DNA of 64,000 nucleotides from Podarcis vaucheri. Its lineage: Eukaryota. Under the pieces are notes generated by a model. That model did not search any database. It was not told where the DNA came from and saw only the letters and a list, made by a program, of their open reading frames with translations. A program made the position numbers and the translations under genes. Numbering within the stretch: position 1 is the stretch's first letter; each line of letters opens with the position of its first letter. The stretch is taken from assembly GCA_965113315.1 (NCBI GenBank), contig OZ220376.1. One strand, written 5' to 3'. Below are positions 35,017-48,414 of this stretch, piece by piece.

Positions 35017-36201
35017 GTATGTATCTTTATCTTTATTTTATTTAATGTAATGCCCTGCTTTTCTGTGGAGAGCTAGATCCAAAGCAGCAAATGCAAAATG
35101 CCACATGTCATAAACCCCTGTAAAATCATATTTAAGTAGTCTTAATAAAAATAGCTGTTACTGACCCACATAGCAGCAGAGAATCAAAATAGTTTCACAC
35201 TTCAGTGCAGTCACCACCATTAACCGTAAAAGGCCTGCCTGAACAAGTGAGTTTCAAGCACCTGCCCTAAACTACACAACTTTCCAAAGACATCTGAAAG
35301 CTGTCCTGTATCAGGAAGTTTTAAATGTTTGATATCTCACTGTGTTTTTATATTATGTTGGAAGCTGCCCAGAGTGGCTGGCTGGGTTGTTGTTGTTGTT
35401 ATTTCATCATCATTATTGACGAGAGCAAGCCTGATAGACCTGTTGGTGTCTGTCACAGCACACTTCCAATCTGGGTCAAGAGGAAACTTTCTGAAACAGG
35501 CAGTTTCAGCTTAGGCCCAGGTAGTCGTTCAGAGTGTTGGGGAGAGCAGGCCCATGGGAAGGTTGCCATTGGCCAGCCTCTTAGTGATTGCCTAGAGCAC
35601 TGAGGTGGGGAGAGTGCTCCAGACTACTTAAGGGACACCCCAGTTTGTGAGCTGATATTTGTTTTGTGTCCTTGAAGAAAAGTGATCAGGCCAGTACTGA
35701 TGTGATCACAAGGCAAGTGGCTGCTCAAATAGCCCTTCTGCAAATCCTTTCTGTTAAAATTTGATTATCTGCAGATTTGATCCAGGTTAAAACTTAAGCA
35801 CTGCTGGTAGGTTGGTAGCTTTGAACTATTTTTGAAGCTACATTTTCAAAGGAACCATTATCAAAGCTAGGGCACCTGTCTGTATTTTTTGTTGCCTCAG
35901 TTAAGATGGCAAGCGAGAATTCTTACAGTCTTCTAACCTTTGTACAGTTCCTAGGAATATTTAAATGTCTTTATGATGGTAGGGAAAATAACTTTATATT
36001 AGATTTGGTAGAATTTATGCTTATACAGTGGCTTTAAAAGTTGGTAATTCATGAATGTGATGCAGGTATATTCATCTCATGAATAATGTTACTGTATCAG
36101 AAGTTAACTGTCTCCAAGAACCATTATAGGTCAAAATCTTAAACAAGACAAAGACATACCATGGATTTGCATGACATTATTTTCCCTCCTCTCTTTTTCA
36201 G

Positions 36202-36295
36202 TGGGCTACCGTTTATTCCATATCTGGATAACTTGCCAAATTTCAACAGACCGGTTGATGGACCAATCAGGCTGCCAATTGTTGATAAATATAAG
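36202..36295 (+). CDS. GSPT1: eRF3a exon 10
   Basis: GLPFIPYLDNLPNFNRPVDGPIRLPIVDKYK. Confidence 0.96.
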
Positions 36296-37739
36296 GTACC
36301 CAAATAACAGCTACCTTGAAGATATGACACAATTGCTTTAGTTGCTCAGTTTCTCATTTATAGTTGGCTGTGTCTCATGGCTGCTTCCTTCTTCCCCCCA
36401 AATATGTTAATCCGAAGCCTGCCATTGGACTAAAATGTGCAAAATGCAATTGAATTGTTCTTCTATTATCTAGGTACTGTACCTTAACCTGTTTTGGTGA
36501 CATATGACTGTTGGGAGTGTTAAGAACATAGGGCCATATTCAGCTGACGCATTGCGCTAGCACAAAGTTTTCCACTAGCGTGATAGAACTTCCCCCTTTT
36601 ACACCCCCAGGCCCTCCTCAGATCTGGGAGAGAAGCCCTAGAAGAATGTGCAGGGAGAGGAGAGGAGAGATAATTTGCACTCACTAAATGATCTCTCTAG
36701 CGCAACATTGAATACAACTCGTAGTAATATTTTAGAACATTTCCCTGCAGTCAATGGAATTATTAAAACATGCAACCTATAGTTCTCAAGCTGAAGACTT
36801 TGTTATTCTGTGACTGAACTGGAGTGTGCGTGCGTGCACCCTTAATGCACTCTTCTGGTTCCATTTTCTGTAAATGTAATGTCATAGCAATATGTGTAAT
36901 TTTATCACAATGAAAAGATTGAGATGAACTGAAATGCATGTGTCACATTATTCAGCGAGCACTGAGTACTGAGTCCCATTCACTTGAATGAGAGAATTAA
37001 GCAGAATTTTAAACATTAAACTTTCCCCATTGGTATCAGTGGGACTAAAAATGGCATAGCTTTGTCTTAGGTGTCTACTGAAAATTGGACAGTATCACTG
37101 CCTGAGAGTTGCTTACACATGGAGTTGGATACAAAGATTTTCTCCCTCTGTCAAAGGGAGTCCCCCTTGAATGAGGGATGGGAGCCTTTGGAATCCAATC
37201 CAGAGCATTTAACTGGCATCATAGTTGCAGGACTTTCATTAGTCTATGGTAGACTTGATAAATTCCACAGCTGAGTTGGTAGTATGTCATGCTTACCTGT
37301 TTAAATCCACCAGGTCCTGAAGGTCTCACAAAAACGAGTAACCCAGCTAAAATTCAGCTAACACCAGCTGAAGTTTAGCATTCCTAAACCTCAGCCCCAA
37401 ATAAATCTCTCTCCCCTCCCCCAAGTATTAAGATTTGTCTTTGCACCCTACCCTATCCTCAGAGTGTCTGTGTGGCCACCTAACAAGGTGCAGTTGCTGG
37501 TGGTAAGGAGGTGCTCTCATGTGATCTTAAATATAAGGGTGATAACATGTAGATGTGAGCATACAGTTACCTAGTGGTTACTCCCAATATTTTACCCCTT
37601 GGGTTTAATTTATCTCCAGCAAAAGCTCCTTACTGCTTTGATTGAAATTCCTTAGCACTATGCCAGATATTCTCTTTTGTAAAGCGCGATAGGCTCTATT
37701 TTGCTGATTTAAAAAACAACCTTTCTTTCCATGTTGAAG

Positions 37740-37820
37740 GATATGGGCACGGTAGTTCTGGGAAAGCTGGAATCAGGCTCTATCTGCAAAGGACAGCAGC
37801 TTGTGATGATGCCAAACAAG
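37740..37820 (+). CDS. GSPT1: eRF3a exon 11
   Basis: DMGTVVLGKLESGSICKGQQLVMMPNK. Confidence 0.96.
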
Positions 37821-38970
37821 GTACGGCACGTTTTCCTCTTAAGAAGCTTAACTTTCTGGTGTTAAGCCTACAGAATAATTCTGAGGTTGAAAATCGGCAT
37901 TCCCCTGTGAGGTTTCTTTTTTGCTCTTGAGAAGGCTTAGTGTGCTTAGGCACTAATAAGCAGAAATATGCACATGATCAGCCTAGTTTTAGTTTGAGGA
38001 ACTCCTGAAACATGTGCTGCTGGTTTTTTATTATTTGCAATTAGCAGGATCCTAGTCGGAAATGCTGTGGTTTACCCTGCCCAGAGTTGGGTTGTTTTAT
38101 CTTGCCACCAACGCAGACAAGCTCTTGAGCTGCTTGAAATATGCTGTCCATTAGTGTTGAGTGTATGCTGTGGCTACTTTTTATGCATAGGCTCGCTAAG
38201 TTTCAGCTCAAATATCTTATCTGTGCTAGGTAGCCTAAAACATTTCAGATTTTCCATTTTTAAAAAAGGTTGCTTAGAAAAAGTAGAGAACAAGTCATCC
38301 TAAACCACCAATCTCTTCCGTCTTTAAGGCAGAAAATTCCACTGCTGCACTTCTTTTCCTGGAAGCTTTCCAGAGCTTGGGTCTCACGCACCCATGTAAA
38401 ATTCATACCTTGTGGTTCTGAATTCTGTATCTGTTGGAGCAACTTTTGAAACCCAGCTTACTCTGCCTTGCATACTTTATGTGAACCCTGTTCATTATTA
38501 ACAGACCAATGGAAAGTTAAAAGCTATATGTTAAGAACTCCAAGTCCCTGCTACAAACCATCAGGTTTATCTGATTTTGGCATGAGTTGGCTCCTTTCAA
38601 AACAGGTGTTTCTCAGAAATACTCCTCCAAGCAAGTTGCCTTGTTTCACAACCCTGTATTGGTTTCATGTTGTGTCTGAAATCTGAGCGTGGGGCATCTG
38701 GTTCCAAGAGATATAAATAACCAACACCCAGTTTTCTCTGTTCACCTTCATGACTCCAGTCATCAGCAAAACAGAGGCTGGGATTTTTTTTGGGGGGGGG
38801 GGTTAACGTTCAAAATACAAATTTTAAATGTGTTTCTAGACTTACCAAATAGCAAGATTAAGTTAATAGTCATTGTGTTGGAGAGGCAGAGGGAAGTGAA
38901 GTTTCTGCTAATAGAGGAGCCTTCTGGGAGAGAGGAGAGGATCCTTTGGTGCGAGGTATAAAGGGTAGAA

Positions 38971-39318
38971 GGGATGCGGGTGGCGCTGTGGGTTAAACCA
39001 CAGAGCCTAGGACTTGCCGATCAGAAGGCCGGCAGTTCGAATCCCCGCGACGGGGTGAGCTCCCGTTGCTCGGTCCCTGCTCCTACCAACCTAGCAGTTC
39101 GAAAGCACGTCAAAGTGCAAGTAGATAAATAGGTACCGCTCCAGCGGGAAGGTAAACGGCGTTTCCGTGCGCTGCTCTGGTTTGCCAGAAGCGGCTTAGT
39201 CATGCTGGCCACATGACCCGGAAGCTGTACGCCGGCTCCCTCGGCCAATAAAGCGAGATGAGCGCTGCAACCCCAGAGTTGGCCACAACTGGACCTAATG
39301 GTCAGGGGTCCCTTTACC
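38971..39318 (+). mobile_element. Sauria SINE, full length
   Basis: 13-bp TSD TATAAAGGGTAGA (38957-38969 / 39319-39331). Confidence 0.93.
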
Positions 39319-40681
39319 TATAAAGGGTAGAGAATGAGCAAAGTAGATGTGTTGGGGAAGCACTGTTTTGTTTAGGGTTTTTTTTTTTGTTTCTGGATTT
39401 GATAGTTTAGTTTTACCAAGCCCTTCCTTGTATCCAATGGAGTTTTCCTCAGAGCAGACTTTTGAAAATTTATGGACCTACATAAATCATGTTCATTAAT
39501 TTCAGTGGGTCTTCTGAGTAAAACTAGCAATGGATACAGCCTCATGTGTTTAAATTATTGTAAGCAACTTTGGGGGGAGGGAGAAATGTTGCAAATTGCT
39601 AGAGTGGTCTGGAGCAAGGAAAGGTTTGACTAGCTTGCAAGTTCTTCTGTAACAGTATTTGGCTTTTTCCTTGCAAAAGGCCAGGGAGAAGAGGATATGA
39701 TAGTTTTGCCTTAAATGTTCTGCTGACTGCAAATATTTAGTGACTTCCTGGCTATTGCATTCAGTTACTTCACCAGTAACTCTGGAGCAGCAGAATTAAA
39801 CCTGCTTGCCTTGAGCATAAGCAAACATGAATGTTCTCTGCAGAATGTCCATCAGTTTATTTGTGTGTGTTCATCAATAGGCCGGCATACTGTGGTGGTT
39901 TGTGATCCCACTATGTGGGGTTCTGTGTTAGACTTTTTAAAATATACTTTTAATGAAGGATTTTTTTATATATATAAAAATTGAATAACAGGGCAATGAA
40001 TACATACTGCATTATAGAAAAGGAAACTTTTTAAAGTATTTTTGTACAAATGTACAAATATATAAAACTTTTTTAAAGGGGGGGGGGAGTTAACTACACA
40101 ATATAAAAGCCACCTCCCCTGCCTCCTGATCTCCCAGAACCAGAAGAGATATGAAGAGGGTGGAGCAAAGACAGAGAAGTCTCAGGTGGCTTGGAAAAAA
40201 CTCTGGCAAGGAGTTTGCGAGCTGCAAATAAAAGGTTTTAATTGTTTTAAGTGCAACATACAATATGACACTAGATGGTGATGCTGAGCCTTATGGAAAA
40301 TTCAATGTTGTTTTTTTAAAAAAACGCTTTTTAAAAAAGCATTTTCAGAACGTTTTATATATGTGTGTGGATTCCACCTTAGGCAGCTATGAGAAGGTGG
40401 GGACTTTACTGCCTCATTGGGGCAAGACCTACTGGGAAGAGTTGCTGGGATCACTAGGCCTGTGCTGTTTTGGTTTATTTGAAAAACGTTAACTTCACTG
40501 ACAGTGGGTGTTTTATTGCCGACCTGCTCCTGATAACTGTTTTTATCAATTCTAATGTTTAAGTTTATGTTGCTGTAAATGACTTAAATGTTTATCTGGC
40601 TTTTTGCAACCAAGTGTTATATAAATTTTGTTTGATGAATAAATAAAAATGTTTTAAAGCCTTAACGTTGCTTTCTTGAAG

Positions 40682-40855
40682 CATAATGTGGAAGTCCTTG
40701 GGATCCTTTCCGATGATGTAGAAACTGAATCAGTAGCTCCAGGTGAAAATCTGAAGATTCGACTGAAAGGAATTGAAGAGGAGGAGATCCTCCCAGGGTT
40801 TATACTCTGTGATCTTAATAACCTGTGTCATTCAGGACGCACTTTTGATGCTCAG
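40682..40855 (+). CDS. GSPT1: eRF3a exon 12
   Basis: HNVEVLGILSDDVETESVAPGENLKIRLKG...GRTFDAQ. Confidence 0.96.
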
Positions 40856-41205
40856 GTATGTTTGTTGGAAAACCATGATTGATTTTTAACCGATAAATGA
40901 ATAATACTAGAGTTGGTTGATTCAGATATGCATAGGTTGAGGGTATATCAGCAATTAAATCTTGTTCAGAAATCAGTGGTATCAATGTGCGAATTAAATT
41001 GTTAATCCTTGATTTGAAAGTCTTCACCTTCTAGAAAAGAAATTCTGTTTACTTGCAAGTTAGTTAATTTTCCTAGCGTATATTTCTGCTTGAAGCAATA
41101 TCTTCCTCCAGAGGGAAAGAGAGATGAGGGAATTACTACCCAATATCCATAAGAAATTGGTGTTTTTCTACATTATGTTTACTTAGTTATTCTTATTGAT
41201 TACAG

Positions 41206-41295
41206 ATAGTGATAATTGAGCATAAATCCATCATCTGCCCAGGTTACAATGCGGTGCTGCATATTCATACCTGTATTGAAGAAGTTGAGATCACA
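41206..41295 (+). CDS. GSPT1: eRF3a exon 13
   Basis: IVIIEHKSIICPGYNAVLHIHTCIEEVEIT. Confidence 0.96.
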
Positions 41296-42094
41296 GTGAG
41301 TATTGCTCTCATCTTCTTAGATTAAAAGATACACAATGGTGGCAAAAGGTTTGAGTGAAGTGTCTATTAATTGTGCAGATGGGTTTTTTTGTCTCTGTTT
41401 TTGCTGTGTATTTAGTAATCTCCCACTGCCACCATTTGATGGTCTCAGCATCATGTTGTAATGACCTATGGCTAAATGCAGTCCAAATGGTGTCCAAACT
41501 TTTTTCAAAGAGGGCCAGATTTGATGAAGTGAAGGCCGACCAAAGTTGTTAAGCCTTTTTTAGGAAATAAACTGCCGCAGAGGCTGGATTAAATTGATCG
41601 GCGGGCCAGATTAGACCCCCGAAACGGACTTTGGGCATGCCTGATTTAATAGCCCAGTGCATTCGTGTAATTCAAAATCATTATGTTTTGAAACAGTATT
41701 TTACTAAGAATATTGAAAGTATATCAGGTGAAGTAACAGGGTAAAAATACTTGTGAAAGGAATATATAGTGGTACATCCACCTAAGTTATACTCTAAGTA
41801 CACCCATTAAAATTAATGGACCTAAATTAGCCATGCTTATTAATTTAAGTGGGTCTGCTCTGAATTGTACTAGCATTGGATACAACCTATCGTTCTTCCT
41901 GTACTTCTTTTGAGGTCTTGAGCTTCTTTTGAGAGAGGCTTTATTTCAGCTTAAGGGGGTGGGGAAGAACCAAATAACAATGAAACTGTTGTGGTTTTTC
42001 CTGCTGGACACCTCATAAACAGCTATTAAAGGACTGGGGCTTCTGTTGGAAAAAGAGAGCCTGTGTTTTATATCTTTTCTCTTTCCTTCTGTAG

Positions 42095-42263
42095 GCCTTA
42101 ATCTGTCTGGTAGACAAAAAATCAGGAGAGAAAAGCAAGACACGGCCCCGTTTTGTTAAACAAGATCAAGTATGTATTGCCCGTTTAAGGACGGCAGGAA
42201 CTATCTGCCTTGAGACATTCAAAGACTTCCCTCAGATGGGTCGATTCACCTTAAGAGATGAGG
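42095..42263 (+). CDS. GSPT1: eRF3a exon 14
   Basis: ALICLVDKKSGEKSKTRPRFVKQ...PQMGRFTLRDE. Contains the GRFTLRD eRF1-binding motif and the VDKKSG hairpin known as the cereblon molecular-glue degron in human. Confidence 0.97.
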
Positions 42264-42534
42264 GTAAGAGGATTTGAAAATGGCTTGGTTTTTTGTTTTT
42301 TGTTTTACTTTGTGTTGCTGAATCATAGAAAATAAAATTCCATGCTTTGGATGTATCGGCTTTTGCCAGCTTTAATTCTGGAAGGCACATATATGACAGC
42401 CTTTCCCACCCTGGTGCCTTCCAGACTACAAGTCCTGTGAGGCTTGGCCAAACAGGCCAGTGGTCAGGATGCTGAAAGCTGTAATCCAAAACATCTGCAG
42501 GGGCACCAGGGCTGGGAAGGCTTGGAAGATGATA

Positions 42535-42776
42535 CAGTGGTACCTCGGGTTAAGTATTTAATTCATTCTGGAGGTCCATTCTTAACCTGAAACTGTTCTT
42601 AAGCTGAAGCACCACTTTAGCTAATGGGGCCTCCTGCTGCTGCTGCGCTGCCGCTGCACGATTTCTGTTCTCATCCTGAAGCAAAGTTCTTAACCCGAGG
42701 TACTATTTCTGGGTTAGCGGAGTCTGTAACCTGAAGCGTATGTAGCCTAAAGCGTATGTAACTCGAGGCACCACTG
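42535..42776. mobile_element. Tc1/mariner MITE, family A
   Basis: Same TIRs and TA TSD as the other family A copies. Confidence 0.85.
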
Positions 42777-43525
42777 TATCTCAAACTGCTGACTGTCATA
42801 TATAAACAGCACTGCATGTCAGTTGTTGAAAATCAATTGAACTTTAGTAAATATCCAGAGGAATGTCAAAATTGGCATAGAATTTAGGGGGAGCAAATTG
42901 GTTTGGGCTGAAATGCAGATTCTCTGGTACAAAAAAAAAAAAAATCAGAAGCCTTCTATCCATTTCCATTGTTGGGGAGGGAGATTTTATTACAGTTCAT
43001 TAAGAAGAGCATAACCTTCTCTGCAAAAACTAGTGTGTAGATTGAGGTAGCACTATCTACATTCATATGCAGCACTAAATGGTTTCTTTCTGCCATGGTT
43101 TGTTGAACAAACCAGGTTCTGACAAGCAAAATAACTGTGGCTTATTCCACTTAACATTGGTTTGATTTTCTAATTTTTTTTGCTTTGCTCCTTTATCGCC
43201 ATGTGCATATGGGGCAAAATGCAAAAACGAAGGAGGGTTAAGCCCAAGGTTCAGAGGTAACGAGAAAACATGTTTAATGCAAGCCAAGATACATAAGCCA
43301 ACATCAGAAGCATGGTTTCATATTCTGGTTTGTTGACCACAAACAAACCATAGTTGGTTGTGACAAGCTTGCATGTACAAATAAGGTAAACCCCCCCCAA
43401 GAGTTCATTGTTAAGTGCAAACCAGGTTTTGTGTGAAATCTGTGTGACGGTTTGTTTACTTGGAAGGTTTTTTAAAGGTTCACACATGTATGTCTCCTAA
43501 CAAATCATTTCTGTGTTTTGTTTAG

Positions 43526-43578
43526 GTAAGACCATTGCAATTGGAAAAGTTCTGAAATTGGTTCCAGAGAAGGATTAA
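43526..43578 (+). CDS. GSPT1: eRF3a exon 15 (coding part)
   Basis: GKTIAIGKVLKLVPEKD then TAA at 43576-43578. Confidence 0.97.
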
Positions 43579-45280
43579 GCATTGTTTTTGACAAGCCTGC
43601 ACAAATACTGTGAGGGGGAAAAATTGACTCTGCAAAAGCCTACTTCACATCGCCTTCTTATTTTCTTCCCATTGATAACCTTCTCCCTATATTTGCAAAG
43701 ATGAGATTTCACAGCAAAGGTCCACATTATGTCAGCTTTCTCATATTGAGAGCTCTGCTATGCCACTGTTGAATTCCCCCCCAAAGTTTTTTTTTCCTCC
43801 CCCTTCCTCCCAAATTCTGCTTCCTTGGAAAGATTTGGCAATAGCTTTGTAAGTGATGTGGACATAATTGCCTAGAATTATGAAAAATCTATAGGATTTA
43901 TGTTTATTTCCCCTCTCCCAGCATATTGAAACATTTTTCAAGGCAGATCATTAAGAGTGTGCAAGCGTGTGTGCACATGTTACAAAGACAATTACCATGT
44001 TAATAAACTATTCAATTTGAAATCTTTTTTCAGTATCTTAATTGCTTTTGAATAATGTTTTTATCCAGATGTAACACCTGTTGCATTAGCTTTTAACCTG
44101 CCAAGTAATCTGAATATTCAGTTACTTAGGCTTTTCTGAAACCCAACTCTTTCCCTTTGCCGCCTCCCGGACGAAGTTATAAATGAAGCAATTAGACAAT
44201 TGACAAAATTTGTACTAAAGAAACTTTCTTTCTCCCTTTCCTTATGGTGGATTTAAAAAAAATTAAATATGTTCATGCAAGTATGGTACTATTTAATTAG
44301 TGTTGCATCACTTTATCTACAAACAAACTTAACTTGATTTTTTTAAGGCACTGGGGCGAGCTAGATCTACCTACAGTGCCCTGAATTATACCATCAAATC
44401 CTTTCTGGCAGAAAATGCTAACCAATAAAATTAGTAGGACTGTTACGTGACATCTCTGGCAATAATGCTGGTACATGATGTTTGGTCTAAAAACTAAGCA
44501 CAGGTACCAGTTTATGATAAAGTTGCGCTGTTCATTCTACCTTTTAACTTGGAAGATGGGAGAATCTTTGGTTGCTGGGTTTTGTTTTGTTTTTAAAAAA
44601 AGAGATTTGAAGCAAACCAAATAGGCCATAGAGGAGTGGTAGGTATTCACTCAACTGGCAGCGGCTGAATAATGGCTCATTCAGCAAGTGCCACTTATTT
44701 AATCCAGAAGGTTTGTTTGCTCATTAAAATTGAGAGTAGAATCAAGCACAGTCTATAAATTTCTGCATATCAAAGCAATTTGAGTTAAGGGAAAGCAAAA
44801 GTGAATAAAAGGATTTGTGGTTGGCAGTTCAAAGGAACAGGGGTTGTAAACTTTATACTTGGCTGAATGTTGGTCTGTACCATTGCTATAAACAATTAGG
44901 GAAAGAGTTGAAAGGGAGGTGCAATGATATTCAAAGTGTTTAATGGCAAATCTCCATTATTAGGTTCATATAAGAAGGCTGACTTCCAATATTGTTCAAA
45001 GTGCTTCTCCAATTAAATCCTTTGCAGTGTATGTTCAAATAGTAATGTGCCCTTTCCCCTAAAGTTTACAGTCATGTGACTGTTTCATTTTACACAATTC
45101 TAAATTTAAAATGTTTGCCCTTTTTTGTTTCTTTGTAACTGTGGAACCTCCCATCCATTTCACTTGAGGCTACATTGTATGGACGAAGCAAAGTTTATTG
45201 TCCTTCAATTTCATATGACTACACTTGTAGCTACCGTAATGCATGAAATTTAAATAAATTTTATTATGTCTGCAAATTTC
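43579..45280 (+). terminator. GSPT1 3' UTR with several candidate poly(A) signals
   Basis: Repeat-poor AT-rich stretch with AATAAA at 44002, 44424, 44804 and 45253. The true cleavage sites are not determinable from sequence alone. Confidence 0.6.
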
Positions 45281-46515
45281 TGGGCTTTTATTTTTCTGGG
45301 AATCTGAAAGCTTTTAAAGTCAATAACTTCTAAAACAAAGCTAAAGAATTCAGATAAAGCTGAAAAATTCAGAAATAATCCAGATTTTTCTTTTTCTTAC
45401 TTTATAATGTAAGCTGAAGGAAGAGTCTTTGAAAGATTTGCCTGAGGTCGTGAGCTTACCATTTTCAGATGTTAACTTGTGCTGTGTTTGTGTCTCAAGC
45501 TCCGCCTCTTTCCTTTGAGACAATTGCTAGTGAATAATGTAGTTGGTGAAGGGTTTTTTCTTCCTGATATAGAAAATGACAATTCTTGGAGGCAGAGATG
45601 CAGCTAAAGAAGCTAGTAGTCATTGAATGCAGTCATTCTTTAGAATAAAAGTTGCACTTGAGGACAGGGGCAGACTTTGGTCTTTCAAATTTCAGTGACA
45701 CCCTGTGCGAAAATTCAGCCCCTCTCGCCTTCCATTCTGCATGTGTTTTATATCATACTTGCAGCACACCCCTTGGCTCAGTGTGGGTGAACCAGTTACA
45801 CTGCGTTTGCTGAGGAACTGCAGGACTTAAGAATAGGAATGCTAACTGAAGTTGTCATATGGCATATGGAATTCAGCTATGGTTGCAGTGCTGAATGCAC
45901 TCATTCCAGGGTTAAATATAATTGAAATGGAAAGGACTTGATTCAAGAAAACTGGGGCTTGAGTGTTAATGTGTGTTACCACTGCATTCAGAACCTCAGG
46001 CTTTAAAGTCCCAAAGAGTTCTCCAGTTATGTGATTTAGATTGCAAGCTTCTCTTCATTGAATTAAATCAAGCTTGGTAAATGTAAAGCAACCTCTTGGG
46101 CAGGTCTGAGGAATCATGCTGAACTTCAGGTATTGCTGAACTACAACTCCCATCAGCCTCAGCAAGCCTGGCCAATGTCCAGGGTTGATGGGATTTAACA
46201 ATGTCTGGAGAGTCAGAGGTCCCCCACACCAGTTACACACAAGTTCTGCCCTGCCCATTGAACTGAATGGAGAAACCTTCATTGGTAAGGGAGCTTCCTA
46301 CATGCACCAGAGCTCATGTGAGGCATCACTAAACCAAGGTGTGTTCCTCAGGAGCTGTGAAAGCATTAAAACTGAAGGATAGTGCTAGTTTCCTAAGTCA
46401 AGTAAGTAAATTCTGGAGGCTCCATCTTTTCTCCCCAAGATAGAAAGGTTCCAATTTAAACCCTCTGGTTTACTCATTCCACACAAATTTATATACAGGA
46501 TATAAATTCCTGCTT

Positions 46516-46660
46516 GGGCAGCTTCGTTGGTTAGAGCATGGCGCTAATAATGCCAAGGTTGCAGGTACAATTCCTGTATAGGACAGCTGCATATTCCTGC
46601 ATTGCAGGGGGTTGGCCTAGATTATCCTTGGGGTCCCTTCTAACTCTACAATTTTATGAA
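46516..46660 (+). mobile_element. SINE with tRNA-Ile(AAT)-like head and CR1-like tail
   Basis: GTTGGTTAGAGCATGGCGCTAATAATGCCAAGGTTGCAGGT head; GGGGGTTGGCCTAGAT...GGTCCCTTCTAACTCT tail. Confidence 0.65.
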
Positions 46661-48414
46661 TGAATGTTTCTAAGTCAAGTCAAGAAGTTCCTGTTAAACA
46701 ATTTGCAGCTGTGCTACGACCACATCTTGCCACTAATCATGTAAAAACACTTCATCAATGTTCGTGGCTGTTTTGTATTTTTCTTCTGGGGGGGGATAGA
46801 AACCCTGTCTAGGCTTCAGGAGAAAGCTTGGAAATGTGAGATTGGAAAGGATTGACTGTGTTAATAGCCAAGACTTAAAACTATTATTTCAAACTCAGCT
46901 GATGATAAATGACTTTGGAGTGTGTTCTTGAATCTGAAAGCTTAGTAATGTAAGCAGTGATTAAATGCAAAACTTGAATGTGCCATAAAAGCCTCCTGAT
47001 TAATATTCTGTAATGGGTGAGGATCCTCTCGGGCAACCCATGTGGGCCTCATGCCAGTGGCAGGTGGAGCAAGGAATGCAAATTTTACTTTCATACAGTA
47101 AGCTGGTTTCTATATGCACCTTGTATAGGCAAGCAGGAGTCACTATGAGGACACATTCCAGCTTGGAAGAAAACACCCAAAGGGTGTGTTAAGCAGAGTC
47201 AGGGACGGGGGCTGCATTCACCCCCAGAGCCTGTGGTTCCTGGCCCTCTACTACCTACAAATTGGAAACACTGCTGCATTTCCTGCACGCAGTTGAACAA
47301 ACCCAGTCCTTGCAATGAATGAAAATGGCATGAAGGTTGCCTTCTGTCAGTGACAAGTGCCAATCCCAGGTCTCTGTTGCAAAAACTGAGGGTTTTTACT
47401 GATTCAAATCTTACATCCGTTGTCTTTTATGTGTCGCAGAAGATGTCATTTGAGAAGAGTCTACCCATCCAGTGTCAATCTAAAATCTCTCACATTTTCC
47501 AGTCTTATTTCTCCCCTTACCTTCCATGTCAAACAACTTGAATAAGCTGTGGTCCAATAAAGAATACTAAAAACCTGTGTCATGCCTCCAGCGACTTCTT
47601 TTAAAACTCAAGGCTTAGTGTCGTGTCTCTGACCAATCGAAACACGCTTGCTTGTTTTGCTGGTTGAATATTGGATGTGAACCTAAATCATGGATAGGAT
47701 GGTAGTGGTACTAGGCTGCTGACAAAACCAGAGTTAAATTTATCAAATATGAAATATTTGGAAAGAATTGACAGACATACATATGCATTGTACAGCTAAA
47801 AGGATTTAGGGTATTACGACATTTTAACGGGTGCCATCAAATACAGTTCAGCTCTAAGGTGGGAATTAAGTGTAGATTGCACATAAAGATTTAGTAAATG
47901 CCTACGCCTGACAGGAGGATGCAGTTTTACAATGTATGGCATTCTTAGCTTCTTATAGTATTTGAATGAGAACCTGTGCACCTCCAGATTTTGCTAGACT
48001 ACAAGCAGCTAGCTGGGTCTGATGGGAGTTGTTGTCTGGCAACGCCTGGAGGCCCACAGGCTCCCTATTGCTCTTATAGATGAAAGTGTGAAGGGAATAC
48101 TGCCGCCTTGTCACTAAGCCTGTAACCATTTGTCTCTGGGCTGTATCATATCAGACTGCAGGAAAGGAATACCCAAGGATGAGTGAGAAATTTTCTTAAT
48201 ATGCTACGTTTCCTTTTTCGTGGTGGCTCCCCATTTGTGGAATGCTCTCCCCAGAGGGGCTTACCTGGCAGCACTCAATCCACCCGTGATGTAGAACCTG
48301 TATTTTGGGGATGTAAAAAGCACCACTGTTACTGATTAGTGCCAGTTTCCCCTGCTGCTTTTCAAATTCTGCATTTGGCAGAGCTTGAGGGCTTTTGGGA
48401 GGTATTTCTCAAGT

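Larger units (their letters stand above)
10201..43578 (+). other. GSPT1: GSPT1 gene span (eukaryotic peptide chain release factor GTP-binding subunit eRF3a), 15 coding exons, 1974 nt CDS, 657 aa
   Basis: All 14 introns are GT-AG with consistent phases. The GTPase and C-terminal domains are near-identical to recalled human eRF3a. Intron-containing and next to RSL1D1, so GSPT1 rather than the GSPT2 retrogene. Confidence 0.97.

Noticed and set aside
35021-35028. GTATCTTT resembling a U12 donor in GSPT1 intron 9
   Set aside because: Using it breaks the frame with exon 10, while the U2 donor at 35017 gives the expected WYIG.
46516-46590. tRNA-Ile-like sequence (and the Lys-like one at 27430)
   Set aside because: Acceptor and T arms are degenerate and fused to a CR1-like tail: SINE heads, not tRNA genes.
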